NCBI RefSeq assembly: GCF_009914755.1
Contig: NC_060929.1
Reading direction: 5' to 3' (one strand)
From: the human T2T-CHM13v2.0 reference genome, Homo sapiens
Length of the DNA stretch: 64,000 bases
Shown piece after piece: positions 42,039 to 54,530 of this stretch; within the stretch, counting starts at the first letter, position 1; every line of letters starts with the position of its first letter. The notes under the pieces were generated by a model. The model worked only from the letters and a program-made list of their open reading frames with translations, did not search any database and had not been told where the DNA came from. The translations under genes and the position numbers were made by a program.

Positions 42039-42419
42039 GTCTGCCAATTTAATCAAAAAGGTTTTGGCCTGAAGATGAGGGCCCCACAGTGTGGTCGTGT
42101 CCTATAAAGCTAAGAGCATCTGGGGCCCCTCCCAGAGGCGGTGCTCAGCCAGTATTCCTGTGCACTCCTAGAGCCTTTGCTCATTTCATTCCAGGACCCA
42201 GCTTGTAAGGATCCCATTCAAGTTTCCTCACACCCCCGTCAAAGCCCACCCAAGTCTTCCTGCTCCTGTGTGAGTAGCGGGCCTAGCCTCCTTAGTGGGG
42301 CTGCTCCATGGCTTGACTTTGTGATGTGCTCATTGGTTTCCTCCATCCAGATGGGGTGTGCAGGAAGAAGTGACTGCTGACTTTGCAACCCAACTGGGTC
42401 AAGGGTTTTTGAAGCTGAA

Positions 42420-42540
42420 TGGATCCAACTCCCTCATTTCACAAACGAGGAGCCCAAGGCCCAGATGACCTCACATTTCTAGATCACAGCACAGTTACCC
42501 CAATAGCAGAGGGAAACCCACATGCTCCAATCCCCAGTAC
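42420..42540 (-). mobile_element. MIR fragment
   Basis: TCCAACTCCCTCATTTCACAAACGAGGAGCCCAAGGCCCAGA matches the antisense MIR core. Confidence 0.6.
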
Positions 42541-43105
42541 TTCCTCCCGCAGGCCCTCATGCCATCTTTAACAGAAACAGACGGAACAACCTTTCTAAAC
42601 AAGGCATTTTGCATTAGGACAGAATTGTATCTCCTCTACAACAAACTTATTTTCATTTGAAGATATTTGCCTCATGTCTGGGCAACACGGACGCTGTTGC
42701 ACAGACAAGAGCCTGCTGTTTCTTTTGATGATCAGTAAGACAAAATTCTAACTCATTTTCCCCAAATCAAACAAAGAAACACTTCGTAAACCTGTCTGTG
42801 GGCTGGGGACTGGATAAATCCCTGTCTGATCACCTCATTAGACTGTTACAACCATCTATGGAAACATGGAAATTATCTCACATTTTGGCTCTCGATCCTT
42901 CTCACATTGTTTTAAAATGTGAACAGAGTACTCCAAGCTCACCATCAGCAAAAGGACAGCTTCCCCTGGCAGGGCTGTGCTATCTCCAGCCAGATCCAAG
43001 GATTGGAACACCATACGGCTGAGCTCAGTTCCAAAGAAAACTTAACTGTGTTGGGTGTAACCTGTCCGAGTCAAATTCTGCATGTGACCAAAACGAATAA
43101 AGGCC

Positions 43106-43595
43106 AAAGACACATGCACACGTATGTTTATTGTGGCACTATTCACAATAGCAAAGACTTGGAACCAACCCAAATGTCCATCAATGATAGACTGGATTAA
43201 GAAAATGTGGCACACATACACCATGGAATACTATGCAGCCATAAAAAGGATGAGTTCATGTCCTTTGCAGGGACATGGATGAAGCCGGAAACCATCATTC
43301 TCAGCAAACTATCACAAAGACAGAAAACCAAACACCGCATGTTCTCACTCATAGGTGGAAATTGAACAATGAGAACACTTGGACACGGAGGCGGGAGGGG
43401 GCGGGGAGGGCTGCGAACATCACACACGGGGGCCTGTGGGGCTGGGGGAGGGGATAGCATTAGGAGAAATACCTAATGTAAATGAGTTGACGGGTGCAGC
43501 AAACCAACATTGCACATGTATACCTATGTAACAAACCTGCATGTTGTGCACATGTACCCTAGAACTTGAAGTATAATAAAATAAATAAATAATTC
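43106..43595 (+). mobile_element. Severely 5'-truncated L1PA (about L1PA5-7) 3' end
   Basis: High-identity L1PA 3' sequence ending GTACCCTAGAACTTGAAGTATAATAAA; TSD AATAAAGG at 43096-43103 and 43596-43603. Confidence 0.93.
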
Positions 43596-44019
43596 AATAA
43601 AGGGAGTTGCTCAAAAAAAACAGCGGCTAAGCTTTTCAAAACCCAGGTTTCCCAACACCACAGAGATTAAGGGAAATTGAGCCTTCCTTACTGAATCCTT
43701 ATCTCCTGCTTGATGGTGTCATAACAAGTCTTGGCTCCTGGTTTGGACCTGACATTTACTGCCCATCAAGCGCGTCCTGAGGCAAGGTCCACACAATGTA
43801 GACATGTGACCTGACTCAAAATCTCCATGAATCGCTGAGTCACTCGACCACTGCCTTCCTAGCGGCTTCTCAGGAACACCTGTGGGCTAAGAATGAACCT
43901 GGACGAGGAGATCAGAAGGCACTGCCATCTCCTTATTTTAATAGGATCCCCAGAAAGCGAACCCTTCAAGGCCTGGGCACCCAACATTCCCGTCTGCACA
44001 GACCTTGCAAGGAAGGCCT

Positions 44020-44945
44020 GGCCGGCCAAGCGCCGGCCTCACAGCTGCATGTTGTTACAAATCTCTCAGTGGGACCTTCCTCCCGGAAGAGCGTTCGCGT
44101 GTAAAATGTGTTGTGTACCATTCTTCACCACGATACTAAGGCAGAGAATGCAGTGAGTGGAAGAGAGCGTGCAATAAGCATAGGCATGCACGTGTCTCCC
44201 CTAATGCACATGCAGCGACTTCTCTCCCGCGAGCTTATGGGAAACGCCCTGCGCAGCTGACCAGTCATCCGACGTTGCGGAGAGCAGCGTGGGTCCGAGG
44301 GAAGGCTGCGGCCGGGGACGCCCAGACTGGAGGCCTTGTCTGCCCCACCCAGCCTCGGACTTCTCAGGCTTCTCGGCCCGAGGGAGAAACATTTTGAAAT
44401 TCTTTAAGAAGCAAGTTTTCCGTGGGCTGAGTGGACTTCTAGGGCCCTGACCACACTGACCTGGGCTTGTCGAGCTCCGCCCGCAGGCCCCTCGAGGTCT
44501 GGGTTTCGGCCCCATGGCCGTGGCTGTGCTTGGAAGGCCCCGGGAGCAGCCAGGGAGCGCGGTGCCTGCCCTCCACGGCGGCCGCCTGCGGGGAACAGGG
44601 CAGCGTCCAGCAGGCGGAAGGCGAGTGAGGCAGAGTGAAGCACACAGAGCCAAACCATATCACCGCCACCCCGTGTGACTGAGGTCAGGGCTTGCCTTTG
44701 AGGCCCAGGGTCAGCTGGGGACTAGCAGGAGCTCTAATCTCGCGCTGCGTCAGGGCGGGAACTGCAAGAGGCCGCCCCCGGCAGGCCGCGCATGCGCACT
44801 CCCGCGCGCACGCTCACCCGCGCTGACCCGGCTACGCTGGACCCAGGTGCGGGGACCCAGGTGCGCTGGACCCAGGCGTGCGCCACCGCCACCTCCTGCG
44901 CCTACACCCCGAGAGCGGCCGCCGCCAGCAGTGGCATCCGGGCTG
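44020..44945. promoter_or_regulatory. CpG island, candidate promoter
   Basis: Only CpG-dense non-Alu segment in the window. NRF1 palindrome GCGCATGCGC at 44788-44797, E2F-type GGCGGGAA at 44754-44761, half-CRE TGCGTCA at 44746-44752, GC box at 44772-44778, E-box CACGTG at 44189-44194. Confidence 0.75.
44821..44878 (+). repeat. 14-15-bp GC-rich tandem repeat x4 (CGCTGGACCCAGGTG)
   Basis: Units at 44821-34, 44835-49, 44850-63 and 44864-78. Confidence 0.8.
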
Positions 44946-46042
44946 TCCCAAGTCATCCTTCGTCTGTTTCAGTGTCTTTATGAAGCACTAGCTTTGAGGG
45001 ATGAAAACGTCCACATGGATGCAGGGTCTGATGTTTATGGAAGGTTTGTGCCCAATGCAATCAGCTGTTGGCTCAGCCTGAAGATCGCTGGGATAATATT
45101 CCTGGGGTCCGAGTATAATACGCCCGGCATACACTTTCCCATGCATTAGGGTTTGGAAGTTGGATAACAAATATATTGTTAATCTAACAGAAAAACAGGA
45201 CTTTAAAAATATAAGTGAGTAATTTGAGAGCACTCTCAAAACATAATGTTATCTAAAACAAGGAAATATTGCTTTCTCCCAGCTGACCTCATCCTTCCCT
45301 TGCAAAAGAATATCTGTCTAGGCTCACACTGCGGAATCCAAGAAAAAGTAAATATGGCAAGTACTTTCCACTCGGGAGCCTGTGGGAGTGTGGACGGGAG
45401 GGGTGGGCTGTAGGCCACAGAGGGCAGCTGCTTCTACTTGAGGGGTACATGGGGCCCCTCGGCAAACAAGCTGCTGTTAGGGCAAAGAGGACTTTCCTCG
45501 GCTTCTTGGCTAAGCACTAAAAACCCGAATCAGAAATGAAATGAATATGTTTTAACTTTAACTTATGATTATATTTGAGCTTGCTTGGTATAGTGATATG
45601 AAGTGCAAGCAAAAGTCCCCAACTCGCAAGACTGTTCCCTCCTAAATGTTTCTACTAGACTTCGGGATGCTTTGATGCCAGAGTCCCCACTCAGGAATGC
45701 CTGCTCCACAGGGAAAAGCCTCCTGCTCTACCGTGAACCCCACCGGTCCCCTTACCCAGTAGGTTCATGCGCAGTAAGTGCTCAGAGCTGCATGGTGAAC
45801 GAGACAGAAAGACATGACACCCTGGAAGGATAATCCTGGAAGGATAACCCTGTTTAGTTTCCCCTATAGAGGACATAACTTAGATTCCCGCAATGCAAGG
45901 ATCAGAAGAGGCTTTCCTATTGACCCAGCTCAAACTCCTCTTTTCCCAAGTAAGGGAAAGGAGGCTCAGACATTTTGAGCCACTCACCCAGTTTCACAGA
46001 GGGAAACAAAGGCAGGCCCTGAACTCCGTCACACAGTGGGTC

Positions 46043-46374
46043 TGATATGGTTTGGCTCTGTGTCCCCACCCAAATCTCATCAAGAATTGTGGAAGGTGAT
46101 TGGATCATGGGGGCGGTTGCCCCTGTGCTGCTCCTGTGATTATGAGTGAGTTTTCACAAGAGCTGATGGTTTTAAACGGTGGCACTTCTTTGCTCTCTGT
46201 CTCACCTGCCACCATGTAAGACCTGCCTTGCTTCCCCTTCGCCTTCTGCCATGATTGTAAGTTTCCTGAGGCCTTCCCGGCCATGTGGAACTGTGAATCA
46301 GTTAAACCTGTTTTGTTTATAAATGATCCAGTCTCAAGTAGTTCTTTAAAGCAGTGTCGAAACAGATGAATCCA
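46043..46374 (+). mobile_element. MSTA-like (ERVL-MaLR) solo LTR, internally deleted
   Basis: TGATATGGTTTGGCTCTGTGTCCCCACCCAAATCTCAT and GCCATGATTGTAAGTTTCCTGAGGCC; near-TSD GGGTC/GGGGC. Confidence 0.9.
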
Positions 46375-47889
46375 GGGGCCCAGCTGTTCTGGGGCCTGTG
46401 GATTTTGTTCTTACTCCCTCTCCTATACAGCATAACTCCTGTCCCTTAGGGAAAGCCGTACACGCCCACCAGTCTCCCTGATATACTTTAGCATTTGGCT
46501 ACTAATAGTGGAGCAAGGCTCAGGGCAAGGATCACATTTAGCTTGACTCAAAGAAAGCAGATGCCGGAGAAGCCCGTGCCCGCTTTGGCTGGGGACTCTG
46601 AGGAAGTGGAGGGAGCGTTTCACGGGAATCCGGCAAATTCCATCACCTCATTCACATTATCTGTGGCTCACTCTGTGATTATGAAGTTAAACCGATTAAA
46701 CCATTTCCAGGTAGCCCACTGCGTATATGTTTACCTATGCATGTAGGTCCCTTATACTCTGTGCAAATGCCCTTACCTACATGACACAGGTGTCCAGGTG
46801 CTATGCAAAGGCACAGGTGCCATGCAAAGGCACAGCCTCCCCTGCAGCCCATGCCCCACGCCTACGGCTGGCTCACAACCTCCACTCGTATCAGACGCTG
46901 CCACTGACAGGTGTCAGCTCTCCAGGCCTAGGTGGTGCACCCCGGTTTTTAGTCGGGGGCCATTGATTTCCTTCTGCTTGTGGCAATCTTCTACCACAGT
47001 TGCCATGCAGCAGCTTCAGCCAACAGGAACTTGGCTTCAGGGACAGACTCCTCAGCCCCTCCTATGGGCCTTGCCTGGCACTCTGCTTACCATGGGGATG
47101 TGATGTCCCCAGACAGCAGCACCCTGGCAGTGGCTGGGCTGCCCCACAGGGGGGCACACAGGGGACCCCACAGCCCCACCCCTGCATCCTCATCCCCACC
47201 TCCCCACACTGGAGGCTCCACTGAGGGTTCCTCTTGTCTTAGGACCCCCTGTGCTCTACTCAGAAATCGGGCTGAGGACAGACACTCGCCACCCAGGTTC
47301 AGCAGCCTCAGGAGCAAGGGGTCACACCTGAGTCTGGGAACGCATCCGTCACCAAGGCCGCAGGGTTGACCCCAGGCCTGTCTTTGGAGGGAGACCCACT
47401 CTTGCTGGGCAGGGGCTGGGGACACAAACAGGCTGAGCCCAAGACCTTGGTGTTCCCGGGCTGTCTGGCCTGCAGTGTTGGTGGATTTCAGCAGTGTGTG
47501 GGACAGCCACTGGAGTCCACAGGGGCCTAGGGGGCTACTCCACTTCTTGTTTGGTGAAAAGTGACACTCCACAGTGTCATAAGGAGGGGAAGGAGGCTGC
47601 CCAGCAGGGGCCCAGGCTCAACCCCAGGAACTGCAGCTCCCCAGGAACATCCAGCCTGGCCACCAGGAGAGGAAGGGACGCTCGGGTCCTCTGATGCCCA
47701 CGGGCCTTCTGCGTGTGGAAGGCAGAGGTCTGATGCGTCCCTGCCTGAGTTCTTCCTCCTGGACAAGGAAGACAGGAAGAAGATGGACGGTGCCTGTGCA
47801 CAGGTGAAGAAGCCCAGACATGCATTCCCAGCACTTACTACCCGCAGCCCCAGCCTTCTTCCCCTTGTCCTTGCCCTTGCCCTGAAATG

Positions 47890-47985
47890 CAGATGCCTCA
47901 AGGGCAGGCATAGGGTCCTCTTAGCTCTGACCCAGGGCTTCATCCAGCGCCTGGTACACAGTGGGTGCTTAATAAACATCCATGA
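47890..47985 (+). mobile_element. L2 3'-end fragment
   Basis: GAGGGCAGG-like start; GCCTGGTACACAGTGGGTGCTTAATAAA terminus. Confidence 0.6.
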
Positions 47986-49175
47986 CCCATGACCGCAAAC
48001 ATGGAATGCGGGAAAGGCAGAGCAGGAAAGACGCTGTCATCGTCACATCTGCAGATAAGTGCCAATAAACATGCAAATGATAGATCTGGAAATGCTCTTC
48101 TTACTTTCCAATTCAATTCCAGGAACCCGGGGGGTAAATCTCTATAAATTATAGTGAAGTGTGACTTGTAAATAACATTTTTCTGACATCCCCAAAGCAT
48201 TGCTGCATCTTTGGAGTTTATAAATTGTTGATGCAAATGAGTTTCTATAACCATTTCGTAGCTCATAAAAATAATACTTCCAGCAGGATTGGGAATCAGG
48301 TATACTTCCAAGCTCAGGAACATGGTGACTTGGGGTCTGGAAGGGCTGGTTGTAATTTGGCTGATCTCGTGCTCTTGAGAGTCAAGCAAGTGAGGTCTGT
48401 TGGGAGGATGGAGCCCATGAGTAAGAAGGGCTGGGTCACTAGCCATCACCTGCTCCCTGGCACCTTCTCTGCTCTGCATCTCAGGGCTGCATTGGGAAGA
48501 GCTATGTGGTCTTTCTCTTGCTCACTCACTGAACATGAACTCAGAGCTTTACTTCCCAAATACTGGGAGTTGTGCTAGGGGTTAGAAGCACTAAAATGTT
48601 CAGGACCCCACCTGAGCCCAGGAAGGACCATGCAATTGAGTGAGATTGGCCCGGCACACCAGCACCGTGCAATACAAGTAGGGGAGAGAGCATGCACCCT
48701 GCCCAGCAGTTGCTGCTGGAGGGAGGCTTAGCTTCCAGGTTGCCTAAAGGATGCCAGAGGGTCACTAGCAGACATGGCAGGAGACGCTGGGCTAGACAGG
48801 AATAAACTCATGGAATTGGAATTATGAGGACAAAGTACCCTTAGGTGGTTGCCTGATACTCAGCATGGCTAAAGTTTCCATCTAACAGTGGTCTGGCTGC
48901 AGAGGAGGCTGGTGGTCTGGGGGGCACGGAAAGGGAAGGGAAGCCTTTGGTTCCATGATGACCTGGAGTCCTCCTTCCATTCATAAACTTGGGAAAAGGA
49001 GTCTCATCAAAAAAGGGAGTGAATGCACAGTCCTTTCCCACTTTGCAGACAGCATCTCATGTCATTGCCATTAAGAAAAATGAGAACCTCATCATTTACA
49101 GTTAAGGAGATCTGTAGGAAGGGATTATCACGCAAGGGACATTGTTAGCAAAAGCCACTTGTGAATTGGACTTAC

Positions 49176-49381
49176 CTCTCCATGCATGGCTCCTTCAGGA
49201 ACCATGCAGGCAGGTGTTGTTCTAAGCCGCATTCCTGGAAAGTCCTGTATGGACATGGAACAATTTATTTCTAAGGGTGCCTGTGGGACTAAGGTCAAAG
49301 CCTCATGTCAAAGGCTTCAAGACCTGGATCATTTCACTATGGTGGTGTTTTCTCCTCTCATGCGTCATACTGTTGCATAAA
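49176..49381 (-). other. Candidate 206-nt minus-strand exon
   Basis: Minus-strand acceptor CTATTTTCCCCTAG| and consensus donor GAG|GTAAGT. Confidence 0.3.
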
Positions 49382-50179
49382 CTAGGGGAAAATAGTTTTA
49401 AGTGGAAATAATTTCTGATTTATCCTACCAACACAAGCACACACAAAATAAAACCTGACTCACATAGCACATGTACACATACACACATACACATACACAG
49501 GCGGACACACACACAGACCTCTGGGTATGCAGGTGACAACCATGTTCTAAATAAAACGTTAGCAGCCTGAGCTAGCAGTGGTTTAAAGATGACATATTGT
49601 GACCAGGAGGATGAAAACCATGTGAGACAATGATAAACTTTACATAGATTTCTGAATTTTTTAGTGGGTTAGGAGAAAGCTCTTTAACTTCCTACAGGTA
49701 TATACCTATACCTGTATCTCGATGTGTGTACCTGTGTGTGCATACACATATATGTGCCCATATATAGATACATGTAGATATACGTATATAAGCAGCATGC
49801 CTCACCGTACAGTCATTTCTACACACTGAAATCAAATAGCCACAGCACATGTTGAACTGGATGCTGACACACTACCAGGAACACCAGCAATCCGCCCTCG
49901 CTGCCATCACAATGCAACCCTGGCCTCCCCACCAGGGAAGCAAACACCCGCTGTCATGAGACTGTCCTCCCTGTTTACAGGTGATGCTCCTAAGCGACTC
50001 CAACCCTTCTTATTTTACAAGTGCCCTGATCTCAATAACAAATATGTGATCTTCCTAGCTAAGAAATAACATGAAGTTACAAGATATTGGGGAAAACAGT
50101 CCAAACATATTTTTTTCTGATTTTGATAACTTTTCAAAAAGAAATCAGGATAATCAAATGAAAAAAGGATTTGAATTCA

Positions 50180-50790
50180 TAAGAAAGCTCAATGTCTAAA
50201 TATATGTTTAAAAATATAGTTTCCTTCTGTAGGGCAGCAGTAGTTTAGAAATACAGTGGAAAATGATCCTAGCACTAATAATGATAATTGTAAAACACTT
50301 ATGTTAAAAAATTATGTTAAAAAGAATGTTAAACTTATGTTAAAAAGAATGTTAAAAAACATGAAAGGAGATAAAGAATTAGCTAAGTAATTAAGGAGAC
50401 ATCCATTCTTCCAGATGAGAAGACTCCATATTAGAAAGATGCCCAGGCCGGGCATGGTGGCTCACGCCTGTAACCCCAGCACTTTAGAAGGCTGAGGTGG
50501 GTGGATCACCTGAGGTCAAGAGTTCAAGACAAGCCAGGCCAACATGGTGAAACCCCGTCTCTACTAAAAATACAAAAATTAGCTGGGCATGGTGGTGGGT
50601 GCCTGTAATCCCAGCTACTCAGGAGGCTGAAGCAGGAAAATCACTTGAACTTGGTAGGTGGAGGTTGCAGTGAGCTGAGATGTTGCCATTGTACTCCAGG
50701 CTGGGTGACAAAGTGAGACTCCATCTCAAAAAAAATAATAATAATAAATGAATAAGTATGCCCAAACTAATCTATAAATTAGACTAAAGG
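50180..50790 (+). mobile_element. Degraded L1M ORF2 fragment split by an Alu
   Basis: GGAGACATCCATTCTTCCAGATGAGAAGACTCCATATTAGAAAGATG, continuing after the Alu with AAACTAATCTATAAATT. Confidence 0.55.
50446..50753 (+). mobile_element. AluS (Sx-like)
   Basis: GGCCGGGCATGGTGGCTCACGCC start; A/(AAT)n tail; TSD ATGCCCA on both sides. Confidence 0.95.
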
Positions 50791-50904
50791 CTTCTGCCCT
50801 ATAAAAAAGCCACGTTTTACTTGAAATGTTTATTCCAGACTTCCAGAATAAAAGCAGAAATACTCAAGAAAGTTCTATTTGTGATTATTATATGTCATGC
50901 ATTG

Positions 50905-51020
50905 GTCTAAAACCTTTCCCACATACAGTAAGTCATCTGATACCACCCTGTGAAATGGATACTATCACTGTGCCCATTTTATAGATGAGAACACTGAGGT
51001 ATGCAGAGGTCAGTCACTCT
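50905..51020 (-). mobile_element. MIR fragment
   Basis: CCCATTTTATAGATGAGAACACTGAGG core. Confidence 0.75.
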
Positions 51021-54000
51021 CAGCTCTTAACATTTGTGAACAACACTGATGCTCACCACCCCCAAAAACCGCAACCACAGCATGCTTTACCATGAGAGAG
51101 CTGAGTCATGGAGATGCCCCAGGCCAGTCTCATTCCCAGGATGGATGGCAGGGACAGCCCAGGTCACATTTTGTGTGCTCCTGCTGCAGAGCAACCAGGC
51201 ATAGAACGAGCTCCCACCAGCCTGCCCACGGCTGCATGCTCAGGCTCTCTCAGGACACAGACACGTGTTCCTCCAGCACCTCTGCCTCAACCACAGGAAG
51301 ACAGGAGATCACGGCAGCCTGTGGAGTTTTACACAAATCGTTTGTGTGACTGTGTACATTTTTTTGTGTAAAATCCTTCACTTCAAGAAACTATAACCAT
51401 CCTCTCCATTCCCCGGCAGAAAAATAAACAGGTATAGAGATATAAGATATAATTTATTGATTTAAAGACATAAATCCCTGCTCTCCAGCTACCCAGTGTA
51501 GTATCCTGTGGCATTCTGTCTTCCGTTGTTGCAGACGCTATCGAGGTGTCACCTTCAAAGCCATCACCATGCCTTCCCTCTCCAGCCCACAGTCCAAACT
51601 GCAGCCTGCTCTGGGACCAACATCTTAGGCTAATCAGTCACTACCACGTCTTCCTTGAGTGATGGTAGGGGATGGGTTCGGGAAAGCCTGAGAAGACTTG
51701 GACCCAGGTCTGAGCCACTCACCCCGGAATGCTCCCCTGGTGAACTAAACCTATTTCCAGGAAGATTATCCAAGTAAGGAAGGAGAATTGAGCCACCAAG
51801 GATTTGACAAGAGGACAGTGCGCTGTAGTTAAGAGTCTGAGCCTTTAGGAACCACAGAGCCTTTCCTTTCTGTGTGCACTGCCTCAAGGTATGGTTCAGC
51901 TCACTCCAGGCCAAATGTAAGGTTCTGTGTTCTCCCATAGTCTTAGAAGACTTGCCTTTGGTCTGCAAGCCACATTGTGAAAATTGGCTCTGGCTTCCCT
52001 GGGTGCAGAATAACTTTCAATCAAACTTAATTAAAGTAAGGCCAGTCATATTTATCCTGCGTTTTCTCTCAGGCAGTGTTTTTCTTCTAATTGGGACTTG
52101 AGGGCATCCCTGAGTCAACGGTGCCCTGGGCTACAGAGCAGTGGCCGCTCCTGGTAACCTGACAAGCAGCAAGGCTCTCCTGGGAGAACACAGGGCCGCC
52201 CGCGGGTTCATCCAGAGAGGCGCCACCAAATCACTTCCATCCCAGCCAGGGAGAGAATGTCCAGCTTGGGGTTTATCTTCAGAAGAACTCTGACATGCTG
52301 AAACCGCCCCAACAGCCATAACTCTAGACAGCGGCATTGTCTCTGTGTGCAATCGTGCGAAGTCCCCTCGATCTCACCGCTGGCCAGCTAGTGGTCCCTG
52401 TCTCCTGGAAGCTCTGCCAGCTCATCTACCCTGCTAGTGAACTCCAGACAGGGTGGATGGAAGGACATGCCTATCCAAAGAAGCAGCCCTGCGCTCCTGG
52501 TTTGGAATTTCCATCTGAGCCCTGTGTACCTAAGAGGAAGAAAGAGCTTGCACTGCTAACTGCACTGTCAGGGCTAAGCGTTTGTGAGACTCTGAGCTAC
52601 CTGGGCTGCCAGCCAGCATAGCTCATCCTATGGGACTGCCTTGCAGCTGGAAGTCCACAGGAGGCACTTACCTTCCATCAGGCTGTATCTGGAGCACCCA
52701 CTTCTTGTGCTGTGGGAAATCTTTTCTGCAAAGTCTACCAATGCCTACATTTGACTCTTGCTCCCTGGGAAAGGCACTGTCTCATGCTTCAGTGGTACAG
52801 GCCTTTCAAGGGATCAACAGCCATCTAGTGACTGGGGCATGTTGCATGGTTCCAGGCCTTTCCCAAATACACATTGGTCAATACCGCATGGAATTCCTTC
52901 CTCGAGTTTCCAAGATAAATGGCCTCCCCCTGTCCACATGGGATTTTTGTGTCCACAGCTGTTTTCATTTTATTTTGTGTCTGTGATTTCACCAACGTCG
53001 TGTAATTTTCACATTTTCCTAAATTGAGCTGTTTCAGGAACTTCTACTTCTGCTTTGCTGCCACATCCCTGGAGTAGTCTCTGTTTTCCTTAAAGGGCAG
53101 AATTTTAAAGCTTTGAAAGACAGCTTTGTAACTCATTTTCAGGTTCTTGTGCCTTTTGGATATTCAGCCATGCTCTTCGTCATTCAAACGTAGTGTTTTC
53201 CATGTGACTTGAGGATGAATGGCCTTAATAAATTCCATTACTCTGAAGAACAATAAAAATTACAGGTTGGTGACACTGGCACCATGATAAATAACATTTT
53301 ATTTTGCCATGTCATGATTATCCCTTTTCTCTTGGCTGGCTGCTGATAGACGGTCTCCCTGCAGACCCAGCCTGGAACTCCCTTGCTGCCAAGGCTGGAC
53401 ATCCCAGGAGACTGTCTTCCTGAATTCGGGAAGTACAGAGTCAACTCTCCTCTGTCATCACTGCCAGGACACAAAACATCCCAATCCCAGGAGCCCCTAA
53501 AATTCCAACCTCAAACCAGCAACTGGTCCTTTTTTCATCTCAGTGGAATGATTTGCAATCCTCAATGACTGCATCCATTTTCCTGTTTATTTAGTTATTG
53601 GAGATCCAAGATTTTAAACCAAGAGTTGATCAGACTTAAGTTAAAAGGGTAATATTGAGGATATAGAAATGATTTAATAAACTTTGAAGTTCTCAAAGAA
53701 GTTCTGAAAAGCACAATTGGATGGCAGCTTCTTAAACTTCCCCGGCCAAAAGCAAATGAGTTGTAGTACCCAAAATCTGCTCTTAGAACTCCCTAATTTA
53801 CATATATGCTATCAGAAGATAATTAATTTTCAGATAACAAATTAAAAGGATCGAACACACAAGAGGTGTTAGAAAAATGTCCTATTGGTGACTTTATTGA
53901 CTCTTGTCTTCATCTGTTGAAGTCCTTGTTGGGCGAAGAAAGAGGTCTTGTACTGTTTGGGTAGAAAACCTACAAAATAGAATTGCAGGCTCCAGAGCTA

Positions 54001-54293
54001 CCCCAGCCTGTCCACAGGACACTGCAGGATGGGCCATGCCTGTGCTGAGCACCACCAGTGTTTAAGACCTGCATCCTTCCCTTCTGCTAAACGTCTTAAT
54101 CTTTTTGATGAATTTTTATTTCTTCAAGTCATTCACATTTCCAAAGGAATCTTCTGCTCCTAACACATATCTAATTAGAATAGGCCCAACTTTAGTCACT
54201 CCTAAAGAAAGTCTCTCCTTTTCAATGATGCCAGTATGGTATGGAAACACCCACCAGACTTCGAAACACACAGATATCCACTGGGTATTGATC

Positions 54294-54530
54294 ATAAAAG
54301 CTCACAACAGTTTTGAGCACTTGCCATGGGCCAGCCAGAGGTTCTGAGTGGTGAGCAGCATTGGCTCACCTGTTCCTCACAGCAACAGAATAAGGCAGGG
54401 CTCTTTATTCATCCCATTTCTCAGGTGAGGCAGCTGAGGCCTAGAGAGGGTGGGAACCTTGGCGAGATAACATAGCTAACATAGAATGGAGCCAGGTATA
54501 GGCCTGACTTCAGAAGCCACTCTCAACCAG
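54294..54530 (-). mobile_element. MIR SINE
   Basis: TTGAGCACTTGCCATG, TCCTCACAGCAAC, CCCATTTCTCAGGTGAGGCAGCTGAGGCCTAGAGAGG and CTGACTTCAGA. Confidence 0.8.

Noticed and set aside
44920-44939. CTCF-like GCCGCCAGCAGTGGCATCC
   Set aside because: One base short between AG and GGC relative to the CCASYAGRKGGC core.
44201-45149. Overlapping Arg/Pro/Gly-rich ORFs
   Set aside because: Expected from stop-codon scarcity in a CpG island; no homology recognised.
45885-45897. ZNF143-like TTCCCGCAATGCA
   Set aside because: Single imperfect match ~1 kb from the island; insufficient alone.
47087-48479. Cluster of 140-180 aa ORFs on both strands
   Set aside because: GC-rich, mutually overlapping and partly running through an L2 fragment; no recognisable protein.
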